Below, one piece after another: positions 37,007 through 51,116 of a DNA stretch of 64,000 bases (within the stretch, counting starts at the first letter, position 1; every line of letters begins with the position of its first letter). The stretch is taken from the NCBI GenBank assembly GCA_963693365.1, contig CAVNZM010000002.1:2372259-2436258 (forward strand), read 5' to 3'. The position numbers and the translations under genes are program-made. The stretch comes from Amoebidium appalachense (lineage: Eukaryota > Protista > Ichthyosporea). Under the pieces are notes generated by a model. It was not told the origin of the DNA and made no database searches. It saw nothing but the letters and a program-made list of their open reading frames with translations.

Positions 37007-37687
37007 CTACCACCGAGGCCTCGAGCTCTTGGCCTCCTCTCTCTCCATAGGCACATATGCAGGCCGGAACCGCTTTCGCTCCCCACGGTTGTGGTGGCGT
37101 GGCCCGCCGTATGCACTGTCAGAGTCTTCAAACGACTTTGCTGAGGGCCTGCCCAGGCTCGATGAGGGGTTGTCGTCAATCCAGGGAAGCATTTTTCTGT
37201 AGTATGCTACCGCCACAGCATCATTTTTATCCGCAGTGTCGAGCGCGCAGGATTCGCCACCTTTATAGCCATACAAATCAATCGATTTGCACCCCCCGAG
37301 CACCAAGTCTCCATTAGCGAGCTTTTCGCCATATTTGCTCTGGCAGCGCCTCGTAGGCTCGTCGTCAGAACACATGCCACAAAAGAAGCCGCAATAAGTG
37401 GCCCAGGCATAGCCCAAATAACGGACTCCCGGGGCGAGGACTTTCTCGATAGGCAGATAACCAGCACCCGCTACCGGGTTCATGAATTCACCTTTATGCG
37501 AAATGCAGCCTTCGGTAACATCTTTCGAGACTTGATCACGGAAGGTCTCACATTGACCGTCGTGCACCTTGGGGTCGCAGGCGAAGCATTTCACCAAACA
37601 ATCGTCACACTCGGCTGCCGCGGGGGAAAGCAGAGACAGCAGACAAACGATTCCCGCGAATGTCGGAATGAGGACTTTGGGATTCAT
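37007..37687 (-). CDS. Secreted cysteine-rich protein of unknown family (226 aa)
   Basis: Uninterrupted ORF in non-repetitive sequence. Hydrophobic signal peptide ending ...SPAAA|E, 12 Cys in the mature region, charged C-terminal tail. A possible intron at 37714-37876 (GTAAGT...TTCAG) joins an in-frame upstream ATG at 37889. Confidence 0.75.
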   Translation of the reverse strand: MNPKVLIPTFAGIVCLLSLLSPAAAECDDCLVKCFACDPKVHDGQCETFRDQVSKDVTEGCISHKGEFMNPVAGAGYLPIEKVLAPGVRYLGYAWATYCGFFCGMCSDDEPTRRCQSKYGEKLANGDLVLGGCKSIDLYGYKGGESCALDTADKNDAVAVAYYRKMLPWIDDNPSSSLGRPSAKSFEDSDSAYGGPRHHNRGERKRFRPAYVPMEREEAKSSRPRW

Positions 37688-38942
37688 TGTGCTGAAGCTG
37701 TATAGGCAGCGACCTGAATTGCAAGGTAACCGTTACAGGGTTCGGTGATTAGTTTGACCAATCTTGCACCGTGGTGTGCGAGTACAAGAAGTGCGGGCTT
37801 AGAAAACCTTTTATACCGCTTTTGAATAGCATTTTTAACGCCCCCATCTGCCCTTAACATTTCTGAATAAACTTACCAGAGGTGCTCATTGGCGCGCAAG
37901 CTTGCAAGCTTCCTGGTTAAACTGGCTGGCCCGTGGCGGTGCACGGTGATTGCCTCTGCTCTGCTTGGGGGCCCAGTGATGACATCGCCTGCCAAACATC
38001 TCAGTTGCACATTCCCAACGCATAATAAATGTTATGTAGTGGCAGTCTCAGCTACTGCATGATTGTAACCCCGGGCCGTCACTGGAGTACCTGCAGCTGG
38101 TATGATGTACTGCATGCATCAATCCGGAGCCTGTGGGTGCCACATGCCAGTATGCAATGTACGTGTGAGTCATATCTCACATGTATGTGCGTGCCGCCGG
38201 CGCCTCTGCATATCATGACTGGACGGAGGGTGGCACCGTTTTATCGCCTCTGGTATTATTCACGGTTCATGGGCGCTGCCGTGCGTGCACGCAGTACTAA
38301 GTAGGAGTATATGGCATACTATTAGTAATAATAATAATAATTACATGTATCTACGTTGATGCAAGTACTCAGTGGGTTAATTTTCAAATGTCGTTTGCTT
38401 TAAATTTGGAAGATTTAAAATTCTGGAAGTTCGGGGGAGAGAGAGTCAGCATTATGTACACAAAGAACAGAATAGAAGTACTGTCGATCGTCACGATTCT
38501 GGTACTACTAGGACTAAGTTTTGTAATGATTCCCGAGGAGCTGCCAGCCACCCTGCATAATACGCATAAGGATCATGTACCACTCGGGTATATATTTTTT
38601 TTTAAAAAATAACAATAGCACCTTGCAGTTACGGCTACAGTAGCGTAAATTTCAACCGTTAAAAACTAATATTCAAACCAAGGAATTTCGACAGTGGGCT
38701 GTGGCATTCAAAGTGCGATGGAATTCTGCTGCACTGTCGGATACCTTGGTTAAATTTATCCCCTTCGAATGATTATCACCGTTCAGCCTTAGAGTCACGT
38801 GACGTTTCTTAACTGCTGACTATCGTTTTTTTTCTATATTTATGTTCGATTAAAACATAGTCATAAGAAAATAGGGGTATATATAAATTCATATATATTC
38901 ATAATGATGCCTCCCCCCCCCCTCCCCCCTCCCTCCCCCCCG

Positions 38943-38981
<39 letters not shown>

Positions 38982-38997
38982 CACACACACACACCAC

Positions 38998-39003
38998 CTC
39001 TCT

Positions 39004-39070
<67 letters not shown>

Positions 39071-39075
39071 GATCT

Positions 39076-39112
<37 letters not shown>

Positions 39113-39147
39113 CCTCTCTCCCTCTCTCTCTCTCTCTCTAGATCTAG

Positions 39148-39211
<64 letters not shown>

Positions 39212-39253
39212 GATCTATAGCGCTCTCTCAATCTCTCTCTCTCTCTCTCTCTC
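38998..39253. repeat. (CT)n microsatellite with interspersed CTAGATCTAG
   Basis: Direct reading. Confidence 0.9.
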
Positions 39254-40387
39254 GGCCCGCTCCCTCCCTCTTTCTTGCCCCCACATCCCGGAAGAAGGCC
39301 ATCGGATCATCAGTGTATATGGCTGCAGATGGTGACACGAGATACGGACGACACTTCGGTGAGCAACATGTCAGAAGCATAATTCATTCAAGTTGTCGAT
39401 TTGTTATTGGGCATCATCGGAATATTAATGGCCACCGTATACAAAATAAAAACCAAAAAAAGAAACTAGGAATAAAAAAGCACCTTTAACTACATACAGG
39501 TCTGTCGGGCCTGGATGTTGCAATGTCAATTTTAGATCTCTCTCTTTCGTACTACTCCTTTTTTTTTATTACATATACTATGATTATTATTATAAATAAA
39601 CAGCACATCCCCCCCCCCCCCCCCCCCCCTCTTTCATAATACACGCATGACAACGAATATGGTGAGATGTAAAAGTTTCATAAGCACAGGGTCAAGCTTG
39701 GGCCATGCATGCTCACAACACTGCAGTGCAACTTTACTGGTCATGATCATTACCATCACAACGCCAGCCTGGCAGCTGCTGATTATGTGCATACACAACC
39801 ACAAACAAACGTTAATAATATCAATCATAATCATGGCCTAAACGTCCGTCTCAATGTGTACAGACACGTGACACTGTACTGTTCGCATTCGTGTATGTGT
39901 GTATGTGTGTGTGCGTGTGTGTGCGCGCGCATTTAACAACCAACTCTGAGCTAAGCCTCAAAGTCTTTCACTAAGAAAATCGTCAGAGTTCAAAGGGCTA
40001 TGTTATGTGTTGACAGAAACATTCATACACGGACTTTGTAGCACTTGTGTACATATGAACGACTGGGTTTAAATTCGACAAATCAGGTGACGTGAGCACA
40101 ATATCGACGTGTAGGGTGTGCATGATGATCACAAAGAACACCGACATAGCTACAACCACCGTGCAGAAATTACGAGATATTACGAGAACACAAAACTAAC
40201 CTGAAGAGGAATCTGGAGTACTGCTTGCTAAAACAGATATAGGATGGTGTACTTGGACTTACCACATCCAAACCACTCAGAAATACGGTGCCATGATCAT
40301 GAACAAGAAAGTATTGAGGAAAACAAACAAACAAACAAAAATATATAATAATAAAAACAAATGTGTCCACCCTCCACACACTCATGA

Positions 40388-40700
40388 TCACTCCACCTTG
40401 AGGTGGGGTGTCATGAGTCCATGTATGCCCTCAGCATTCATCACCGCCTGCACAATCACCACCACCACAAGTGCCGCCATTGCCAAATGCAGCAAGTGGT
40501 CCCCCTGGCCCTCCACAGAAAACGGCTCCTGAGTCACCTCCACGTCTGGCACTGCCACCAGGCCCGTGTGGCTGGTGACCCACTTGGACACACTGGACAG
40601 GGAGCGGCTGCCGTGGTATTTGTTCAGGATGGTCGTGCCTGCCGAGAGGGGGAACAGAAAAAAACGTTATAAACGGTTCCTTTTTATGTTTTTTTTTTTT

Positions 40701-40731
<31 letters not shown>

Positions 40732-41351
40732 GGGGGGGTTTGAATGCGTCAAAAAGTACGAAGTACACAAGAACAAACGGATAACACGATGCAGAATGCA
40801 AGCCATACATAAAGAGTATGCATAATAAGCAGAGCCCATCCTCAGGGGGGGCCCACGTCATCCACAGTACCCGAGTTTCGACCTATTCCCCTCGTTAACG
40901 AAACCCAACTCAGATACTGTTTCACTTGAACATGAGTAGGTCACCCGTCTTGATCAGAGACGAGCAGGGTTGCTTATGCAGGCAAGGGCAGTGGGAAAGG
41001 CCGGGGGTTAAAGTTGCAGCAGTAAGCAGAAGCAAGAAAAATATAGATAGGAACTCAGGAGACGGGGCTTCTAGGAAGCTCCCCCGTCGATACCTAAGTC
41101 GATAGGGGGGGGTTTCGAAGCGAGCGAGGTCACGGGAGAGGCAGGGGAAAGCCAAAAGGGTGGGAGAGTGGGAGCTCGAGCGGGGAGGGACGGAGAGGGA
41201 GAAGAGGTTTTTTTTTTTGTTTTTTTTTTGTGGGGGGGGGGGGGGGGGGGATTATTATAGGTGGGCGGAGGAAGGGAGGGACGACCGGAAACTTTTATTG
41301 TGTGTGTGTGTGTGTGCATGGTGGTGGTGGTGGTGGTGGTGGTGGTGGTGG

Positions 41352-41382
<31 letters not shown>

Positions 41383-41426
41383 TAGAATATGTCACAGTAC
41401 GAAGCAAACATTCACGGCGGACAAAA

Positions 41427-41461
<35 letters not shown>

Positions 41462-42389
41462 GGGAGGGAGGGAGGGAGGGAGGGAGGGAGGGAGGGAGGG
41501 AGGGAGGGAGGGAGGGAGGGAGGGAGAGAGAGAGAGCGAGCGCCAGGTCCGATTCTGCAGTTAAATGTCGAGGAAAATAATGAAACATTTCTGTGCAACC
41601 AGTCTAGTAGCTGCTCGCTCCCCCCCCCTTCCCCAGTCCCCCTTTCTCCATTCTCCCATGCTCCTCTATCCACCCTCAGATACTTTTTGACAACACCCTC
41701 TCCCATCCTACACAACTACAAGAAAAAAAAGCATCAGGAGCCCCCCTTCCCTCACCCAATCACCCCATCCCCCCTCCACCCCCACCTCCCTCCCCCCCTC
41801 CCCCAAACACACACACACATACACACTACACATTGCTGCGATCAATCTCACCACCAACACCGTGGCAACCAAAAACTAAACGGCCTACAACGGGCATACT
41901 GCAAGAAAAAAATTTACCACCAAAAGGGAAGCACAAAAAACAACCCCCCATCACCAAAAACACCAACCAGCACGCACACGTACCCTTGAACATAACTAGG
42001 GTAGGCAGGCCGGAGACAGACACCCACGCTCTCAGGGCAGCCTGGTCGCTGAATTCCATGGCCAGGGTTGGGAGGTTGGGGTAGGCCCGTGCAAAGGCAT
42101 GGTAGACGGGGTAGAACTCACTGCTGAACACACACCACCTGCACAGTGCTGTGTTAGGAAAAAATACGCTTGAAAGGAGCTAGAACAAGGTGGTGTATTC
42201 GTACGCCCACAAGGGCTACGGTGGTAGTATGGAGTGGGAGGGATTGGGGGATTAGGGGAGAGGGGGGGGATCGCAGAGAGGTGGGAGGGGGGCGGGGGGA
42301 GGTGTTGATTGTACACCCAAAGAGGGCTGCGGTGGCAGTATGGAGTGGAAGAGGGGTTGGGGGATTGGGGGATTGGGGAAGGGGGGGGG

Positions 42390-42427
<38 letters not shown>

Positions 42428-42825
42428 TGGAAGAGACGTGTGTGGGGGGGAGGGGGGGGGGGGAGGGGCTTACTTCCACAGGCACTTGCAATCGTAGATA
42501 TGTCTTAGATTAGAGGAAAAAGGGTCAGGGTTAGGAAGGGGGTGGGGGGTGGGGGGGGGGGGGGGTTTCAGGGAGAAGGGTGGGGTGGGGGGAGGGAAAG
42601 GGGGGTGGGGAAGGGAAGGGGTTAGTAACATCCGGACCTCCTGGGCGACAACAATATCACCAGCAATTATTCTCTCACCTGGCATATATCAGGAGGGCAG
42701 AATAGGTCCCGTTGGGCTCTGTCTCCTGCAGGTGTGCCGTCAACCCAGTAGCATTCATCTCCACTACGCTTGTGTTGCTGTAGAGCTGCAAAAGATGGAG
42801 TAACGATCTTAACGATAGCCTAGTT

Positions 42826-42856
<31 letters not shown>

Positions 42857-43097
42857 GCTCCCAACCACCCCCATCCCCCCCACATACACACACATCTCCT
42901 TCCCCCCCGTCCCCCCCCCCCCCCCCCCCCCCCACGGTATCATACCTTTCCTCACTCTCCCCCATCAACCCCACATACACACACACACACACCCGTGTGC
43001 ACACACATACACACATACACAACCACAGCCGTATGCATACATGCGCGTAAGAGTTTCCTGAATGCACAAGTAGACATGCACGCATACACACCCCAAG

Positions 43098-43131
<34 letters not shown>

Positions 43132-43683
43132 GGGGGATCATTCAGGCGATAACCCGCGCAAAGGAATGAAAGGCATACAGGGGGGGGGGGGGGGGAGGGG
43201 AGGTATGGAAGGGAGGGGGAAGGGGGGGGAGGGGGGGGGGGGGGAGGGGGTTGGGCAAACCGTATGAATGTGAGTTAGACACTTTAGACAGTGAAGAAGT
43301 CATAATGAGGCCACAACCCATCGCAGGAAAAAAAACCGCAAAACGAGAGGGGGAGATTGGCGTTGTGTGAGTGACTCAGTAGATGTGTCCCGGGGTGGGG
43401 TGGGGTGGGGTGAGGGGGTAGAAGGGGGGGGGGGGGGGGGGGGAGGCAGGGGGTCAAATTTCAAATGGGCTACTCCTATGTGGCGAATAGGGAGTGTGCC
43501 CCTGTCAATGAAACCTGAAAAATAGCTGCAACATGCAACTTCAACGAAAAGAGAGACTGGTGGAGGAATGAAAAGGAGGGAAAGCCCCTCCCCCCAACCC
43601 ACCCACCCATACACACACATCTCCCCACTCCCCCTCCCCCCCCCAAAAAAAAACACACATAGATACACCACCCACACCTCACA

Positions 43684-43744
<61 letters not shown>

Positions 43745-44416
43745 CACACACACACAGAGAGACACACACACACACACATACAAGCACAAGCATGTGTGCG
43801 TGTGCAAACGTGCATGCACGTGCACACGGACACAACCACCATCCACCACCACCCTTTCAACCACCATCCAGCCCACCACGGACTCCCTACCTAATACCAT
43901 CAACGGTGTTTCCATCCAGAGAAACCGCAACACAGCGCAAGTTTGATAGAGTTTATTCGCGCAGAAAGCAACACTCACCAGTTGCTCTGCAACTTTAACT
44001 TTCACCTTCCCACTCTTCTCCTCTTCCCCTGCTTCTTTTGGTAGAGCGGTCTCCCCTTCGATTGCCGTGCTTGTTACGTCTGTGCTTTGTGCTGCTTCTC
44101 CTGACCTTTCTTTGCCTACTGTATCTCTGGCTGCAACTTGATTCTCTTCTGTCAAGCCGAGCACATCTGCTACTGAAGCTTCTACTCCCTCTCCGTGTTC
44201 TTCTTGATCCGTTACACCTCTGGTTTCCGCTTGACTCTCTTCTTTCAAACCTACTATCTCTGCTACTGATGTACCACTTGATGTTGCCAACGTCTCGTGT
44301 GTTTCTGAGATCTCTGCCTGAGATGGCACGTCGCTTTCTGCCCCGCCCGTGTGTGCGCAGATACAAATAACGAATAGCGCACACACGAGCCTCACAAGAG
44401 CGTGAGGCCAATTCAT
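40388..44416 (-). CDS. TXNDC15: Thioredoxin domain-containing protein 15-like type I membrane protein (~316 aa, 4 exons)
   Basis: Exons 43979-44416, 42679-42785, 41984-42138, 40388-40638; GT-AG and phase-consistent. Signal peptide, acidic low-complexity region, then Trx fold LLIYARWCVFS (CxxS, cf. WCRFS), AFARAYPNLPTLA, GLPTLVMFKG, YHGSRSL...HTG, C-terminal TM helix, ending HLKVE. Confidence 0.72.
40739..41104 (-). mobile_element. 366-bp copy of the poly(C)-anchored interspersed repeat (TXNDC15 intron 3)
   Basis: Nearly identical to 53217-53582 (one mismatch noticed). Bounded by G28 (40711-40738) and G8 (41105-41112) on the plus strand. Confidence 0.9.
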
Positions 44417-44832
44417 GTTTCTAGATTGACCCGAAGTAACCTGAAAGCATGGTGGGTAGGAGTAGATCTAATAGTCCCTTTTGTGAGATGGTTGGACAGC
44501 TGCTTCTTACCAGCTTTTTATTTAGCAGGTGCACATACATAACACAATGCAGATAACATTTACAGGGCATCTCATCGTGTCTACTTGTGTGCATGCATAG
44601 GAACCAAGCCGAAGGCGCAGGTAGGCTAAGTTGCAAAGTGCAATTGAAGTTTTCGTCTGTTGATATGATGCAATCTCAGAAATTATGACGTCATTAACTA
44701 GGTCCAAAATTTTCAAAATTGCAGGCCACGTTATCTATTGGTTATCTCAAACGGTTGGATATTTTGATAGATATATAATATGGGTATGTACATAGATTTT
44801 GAGGGACCTCCTGGTGCAAAAGACACCATGTA

Positions 44833-44874
44833 TTTCCGTTGAATAAATCCAGTCAAAAGAAAAAGAAAAAAAAA
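44833..44874 (+). mobile_element. Isolated ~40-bp LINE 3' tail
   Basis: TTTCCGTTGAATAAATCCAGTCAAAAGAAAAAGAAAAAAAAA matches the LINE tail at 1540-1580. Confidence 0.8.
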
Positions 44875-45537
44875 TAATTACAAACAGTATACAATATATG
44901 GGTGGGCTAATAACAGATTAAAAGTGTGTAATATCACCGACGTAGGGCTGAGTTGTGTACTTTCAAATAGCTAGATATGACGTGGAAGGGCGTTGCAAGC
45001 AAAAGCCCCAGGTGTAAATTTATCATGGCTTCATGACCACCAGTTTACACTGGGGGGTTGGGGGGCGGGGAGGGGGGAGGGGGGAGATAAAGTGAAGCAC
45101 CATGCGTGTGTGTAGGGTGCGCTCAGTGCGCGTATGTATACGTGCATGTGTGGGCCGGGTTGGGTTAAGGGGGGGGGGGGAGGGGGGGGGGGGAGGGGGG
45201 GGGGGGGGGGGTATAGCTATAGACTCTACAAGTGCCACATCCCTGAAAAACTATGTATGGACCAATTATTTTCGCGCGATGCACGATTGGCCATATATAG
45301 AAATTTGGACGGGAAGTTCTTGGGCGCCAAAATAAAGTTTTTATAAAACAATAAAAAAGCAGGAATACAGTAATTTTTCAATATCAATTGAAAGGATATG
45401 TGTACGTGTAGGGAATTTGAAGTGGGCATGAAAGGAATCCCTGAGTGCACGTGGGTGGTTGTGTTGGCTGGTGGGGGCCTGCCCCGGGGTTCCTGGTGTT
45501 GGGTGGGTGGTGGTGGTGGAGGTGGTGGTGGGGGGGG

Positions 45538-45580
<43 letters not shown>

Positions 45581-45944
45581 GGGGGGGGGGGAAGGGAGGG
45601 AGGGGGTGGGGGTGGGTGGGTGGGTGGCGGGGGGGGGGGGGGGGGGGGGGGGGGAAGCCTTGGGGCACTTCAGACTTTGATTTCCGAACTAAAATTCGTG
45701 CCGCTTGCACACTTCATAATCAGGCACAAGTGCCGTGTGTGTGTTACGTGTTATTATGGGAGAAGAGGGGGGGAGAGGGACGGGGGGAAGGGGGGAGGGG
45801 GGGGGGGGGGGGAGGAGGGGTGCAGTTAGCAGCTGACTGCCTGGGAGTAACTTTTTTTGGAACATCCTGTGGGTGTCTCACGGTGTGCACACGTGTGCAT
45901 CTGCCTGTGTTTGTTAGGTGGTGGTGGCATGTGTGTGTGTGTGA

Positions 45945-46011
<67 letters not shown>

Positions 46012-46315
46012 TGCGTGCCGTGCGTGTGTTATTATTGAATTCACTTGGAATGTTTTCAAGATAAACACCAGTCTCCCGAAAGTGGTGTAAAGTTCAATCA
46101 TTAATATTAGAAGCTTTATTTGTGCGTGTCCGGAAAGTCAGATGCTCATCCGATCCAGATGCAAGAAGGGATACGTGCGATTGTGTGTGTGTGTGTGTCT
46201 CAGACGGTCGGTCCTCACGCTCTGCGTGTGCACATGTGTGTGTGCTTGTGTGCGCGCATGTGCACGTGTGTGATGTGGGATGGTGTGTGTGGAGGGGGGG
46301 TCTGCCGGTTTTTTT

Positions 46316-46389
<74 letters not shown>

Positions 46390-46644
46390 AGTTGCGTGTG
46401 CAGGTGTTTGCATGAGCTCTCGAGGGGAAAACGGGAAGTGTTTGTGTGTGCCTACGTACGTCATATATGTACTTAGTTACTGCACTCCATAGGGGCAAAA
46501 ACCACAGTTCGAGGACTAAGGTTACATGTTAAATCTACATCATTTCACCACACCATCAGATACGGGCATTGCCGGTAGCTAAAGGGGTACGTGCATATCT
46601 GCTTGAATGCAGGACTTTCATTCATATATTTTTGGAAACCTAAA

Positions 46645-46878
46645 GTAATATATCTCGTTGTTATCCCTGTTAAGGCATGGAATAAGGGATATTCAGCAAG
46701 ATTGGATAGTAATATATCTCGTTGTTATCCCTGCTGCGGCTCGGAATATGGAGTAATTTTGATGAGTAATATATCTCGTTGTTATCCCTCCTGCGGCACG
46801 GAGTATGGGATACTTGAGTAAGTTTGAATAATAATATATCTCGTAGTTATCCCTGCTGAGGTACGGAATATGGGATAG
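46645..46878 (-). repeat. Four ~57-65-bp tandem copies covering the rhomboid stop codon and 3'UTR start
   Basis: TAATATATCTCGT(T/A)GTTATCCCT at 46646, 46710, 46767 and 46832. Confidence 0.9.
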
Positions 46879-48057
46879 TAAGGAAAGTGCCGTCCCAGGT
46901 AGCCATGTTGCTGCTACAGAAATCCTCGGTGTATGGAATGCAGTTGAAGTATAGGCACCATGTGCAGAAAGTCTCTGTCTTTGTAAAGAACAGGATGAAC
47001 CCACCTGAAAGGGGTCGTGAGTTAGACACGGCTGATTAAATGTGATGCAAAAAGAGAAAGACAGAAAGGTGATATCATAGCGGCATGCACTGCACAAAAA
47101 GCACATTGGGTGCATTAAGCATGTATAATATGATATGCTGTTGTGCAAGATGCAGAAACAAACAATGCCTTACTGGTGTTAGGAAAATGGGATAGGGGAA
47201 GGAAAAACAAGCAAAACCTTACTGCTAATAAACTATAGGTTCGGTGTTTGCATGCACGAAAGTGTGGCGCACATACGAAAACGCTGGCGGGGTGGTGGGG
47301 GAGGAAGGGGGGGGAGAAGGGGGGGGGGGGGGGGGGGGGGGGAGGAGGGGAAAGCGGGATGTATTGTAAGATCACGTTGACTGCATTGTGGATATGTATC
47401 TGGCCTCTCTTCAACCTCTGAAAACACCAAAACCAGTACTCACCGACAAAGAAGACGATCAAACCAACCGCACCCACGACAATGAGCAGGATTTTCCTGC
47501 GTCTGTCCCACTTGCCGAAGGTGATGTATGGGAGGAACACTACCGCTGCTGGGATGCCAAACAGGAACCCACCTGAGGAGATAGAATATCAGCAAGCAAC
47601 TAGAAATATGTGATTTATTTGGCTCTGAACAGGTGGGAAGACGGTCCACATGAAAAGGTAGAACCACATGCAGGGTGGAAAGGCAGCAGAGCGGGAGAAA
47701 AACGCAGGCCCAAGGAGAAACGGCAAAAGGAGGAGGAGGGGGGGGGGGGGGGGGGGGGATAAGATAGAATGCGGCACACAGAACGAGGTACAAATTCACA
47801 ACGATTAAGGTAATGCAGATATGCCAAAGAACTGAGCACACAAGAGTGCGCGTGAAGAACGGAAGAGTGTGCGTGCGGGGAGAAGGGGCCCTCGGGGGGG
47901 GGGAGGGGAGGGGGGGTCCTCAAGGGAGAAATGGGAGTGGGACGGAGAAAGAGGGTAGGGGAATGCATATGAAAGAAGGGGATCGGGTGCACAAGGGAGA
48001 GGGGAGCAGGAGGACGAGGGGAGCAGGAGGAGTAGAATTGGGCGGGCGGGGCGGGGG

Positions 48058-48093
<36 letters not shown>

Positions 48094-48921
48094 GTGAGAG
48101 AGGGAGAAAGAGAAAAGGTCCCAGCTGGTCACAGGTACATGCGAAAGGCGGAACGATTGTATGTAGAAATGAAGAACGGTAGAATGACCTACCCATGTGT
48201 GCAAAGTTGTCGATCCATGGGAGGGTGCCGATGAACAGGGAGAAGAAGATCACCACAAACAGCTTGAAGAACTCCTTCCAGGGATGCTGCAGTGCATCGT
48301 GTGAGTATCCATGGGCAAGTGGGAGGTACACACATTGAGGGAACAAATTCCACACCGCCGGGGTGGTGGTGGCGGAGTGAGGGGGGGGGGGGGGGGGGGG
48401 GGTTGAATGTGGAACATAGTACGAAGTACACATACACGATGAGAAGCATGGTGCAGGACACATGCAACGGCAACATTCAAGTATGCAACATCAGCAATGC
48501 GCACGCTATGCGTCATAAGCAGAGCCCATCCTCAGGAAGGGCCCAAATCATCAATTGCGTCTGACTTGCGGTGGGAGGGGGGGGGGGGGGGGGAGATCCT
48601 GTATGTATCTGCCTCCAATAGCACACTGCAGTCGTGCCAAAGAACGAAAACGAATAAATAGACCCATCGTGTAATCTGTGCATATGGCGGAGAGCTACGT
48701 GATAGGCATAGACTTACCAGCAGTATCTGCCACGACTGGAACAGCTCAATCAGCAGCACGGAGAGGAGGCCATAGAGCGCACCAGAAGACCCCACCTGCA
48801 GGCATCACCGTGTCAGAAAATACATGGACAAAGATAGTCACCTTTTGCTTATATCCCCACCCCACCCCACCCCACCCACCCACCCACATCCCTTCTCCAT
48901 CTCCAATCTCTCTTCTCTCGC

Positions 48922-48985
<64 letters not shown>

Positions 48986-49461
48986 CCTCCCTCGTTCTTT
49001 CACCCCCGTTTCCCTTTCTGCTCCAGAGAATGCAAACACCCCCTCCTGCAAATTGTATATGCATGCAGGCACGCACACCTTCACCCGACTTACAGACATT
49101 ACTATCACCCACCCCGGCTTGACCGCTTGTCCTGCACACACATTGAAAGCACGTACATATGCACGTACCGGCACATGTGCATGCAGGCACACATGTACAC
49201 ACCTGTGGGGAGAACGGGGAGAAAAGGCCACTGATGATGTTGCCGCCGATACCAGCAACCATGAAGATGATGAAGAAACGGAGCCACCCACACGACTTCT
49301 CGATCTGGACACCAGAGACAGAGAGTCAGTCGAACACGTTAGGAAAAACAGTGTTGGTTGAAGTTATAGAGACCGTCCGTTGTTCGTTCTTTTTCTTTTC
49401 TTTTCTGTTTCTTTCTCTTTTTCCCTTTCGTGGGAAAGAGGAGAGGGGAAGAGAGGGGGAA

Positions 49462-49495
<34 letters not shown>

Positions 49496-51081
49496 TCATT
49501 AGCAGGTGTAAAAAAAGGGGGGAGGCGACAATTAATAAACCATAAAAAATTGAAAAAAATACCACCGATTAGATCAAAGCAGGTTACCAAAACCACCACA
49601 CACTCACCTGAAATCCAACGGAGAGCTGGAACAGAGCGTTCATGACGAAATGCAGCACGCCCACGTGCAGGAAGATGGGGGTGACAAAGCGCCACCACTG
49701 GTTGGGGTACTGGGGGTCCTGCAGGCCCCCCATCTTGCACACGTCGTTGAGGCAGTTGTCGTAGTTCTGGCACAGCTCTGAAGTGTACACCGGTTAGGGA
49801 AAAAGTGTCATTGAGTTAACCCGCCACGAGCCACTCACGCCACATGGCCACCAACAACAACACCATAAAAAGAAGTACAGGAAAGAGGGGGGGGGGGGGT
49901 ATATGTTTTCTTCATGCAGGTAAGTGGGTAAGTGGGGGCACAATCGAGGCCATCAGAGGTAGTAACAACGAAGTAGCCCCATTGGTTCAGGCTTGGCTTG
50001 AGGGCAGACATACGAGAGAGGGAGAAAACGAGAAAGCAACCAGACATGGAGCAGACTGGAGGTAAACAAAGGCAACGGGCAATGTGTGTTCAAATATGTT
50101 TCACGACATAGGTGGACATTTGGTGGTTAAACCTAAGGGTGTAGGTGTGGTTGTGAGGGCCACGCGAGCAGATGCCAGTGCTGTCAATGTGTATGCATGA
50201 GGTGTGTATGTGTGTCTGTGCGTGTGCGTGTGTGTTCGTGTGCCTGTATTTTGTTTGGTTTGTTGAAGGGAATTCGTGTATGGTGGCAGTATAATGACAT
50301 CATTGCATTGTTAATGGAGTGCTGTTAGGTTTTTACCAACAATGCAAACCAATGCAACAGTAAGTGTGTGTTTGGGAGACTACCTACCGCCATCCTCGCG
50401 CCAGGAGCCGGAGAGGGCATGACACTGCTCGGCACTCACATGTGCACATTGTCCGTATATGCTGCAAGGGGGATGAGTGTGATTTAGGGTGCTGCAACAA
50501 CTCACCTAACAGGAACAACAACATCACTCTCTGGTGATAATACCAAAACTTACATGGCCCTTGTCTCTATCTCCGCAACCCCACTCAAACACAGACACAC
50601 ACCTACACCCACGTTTAGCGTCAGAGCTTTCATTGACGTGAAAACCCCCGGTAGAATACCTCCCCCCCTCTATTGCCCCCTTTCACCCACTTTCCCCTCA
50701 TCCCCTCCCCCCCTCCCACCTTCTCCCAACCCCATCCCCTCCAGAACCCCCCACCACTCCACTTCACCCCCAACCACACAAACGAACATTCGAGCAGTTA
50801 CGTAGGAGAGAGCACCCACCCAATGCAGCATGGGCGGTTGATGATTTTGCAGTTGAGACTCTCACAGGTTGCATTGCCGACCCATTTCTGCACGGGTTTC
50901 TCCAGTGCACCGGCACCCGTTTGGCAATACTGTGCGGGTATCGTTAAGCTGCTGATATAACTTTCTTGTTCAGCACAATGCTCTAAGAACACAGCGTCCC
51001 CTCCCCCCCCCCCCCTCCCCTTCCCCCATCCCTCCCCCCCCCCCTCCCCCCCCCCCCCCCCCGCCGCACCACTCCCCCCAT

Positions 51082-51116
<35 letters not shown>

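Noticed and set aside
46645-46878. CRISPR-like repeat-spacer appearance
   Set aside because: The 'spacers' are homologous to each other and to the gene's final codons, the context is eukaryotic, and there are no cas genes.
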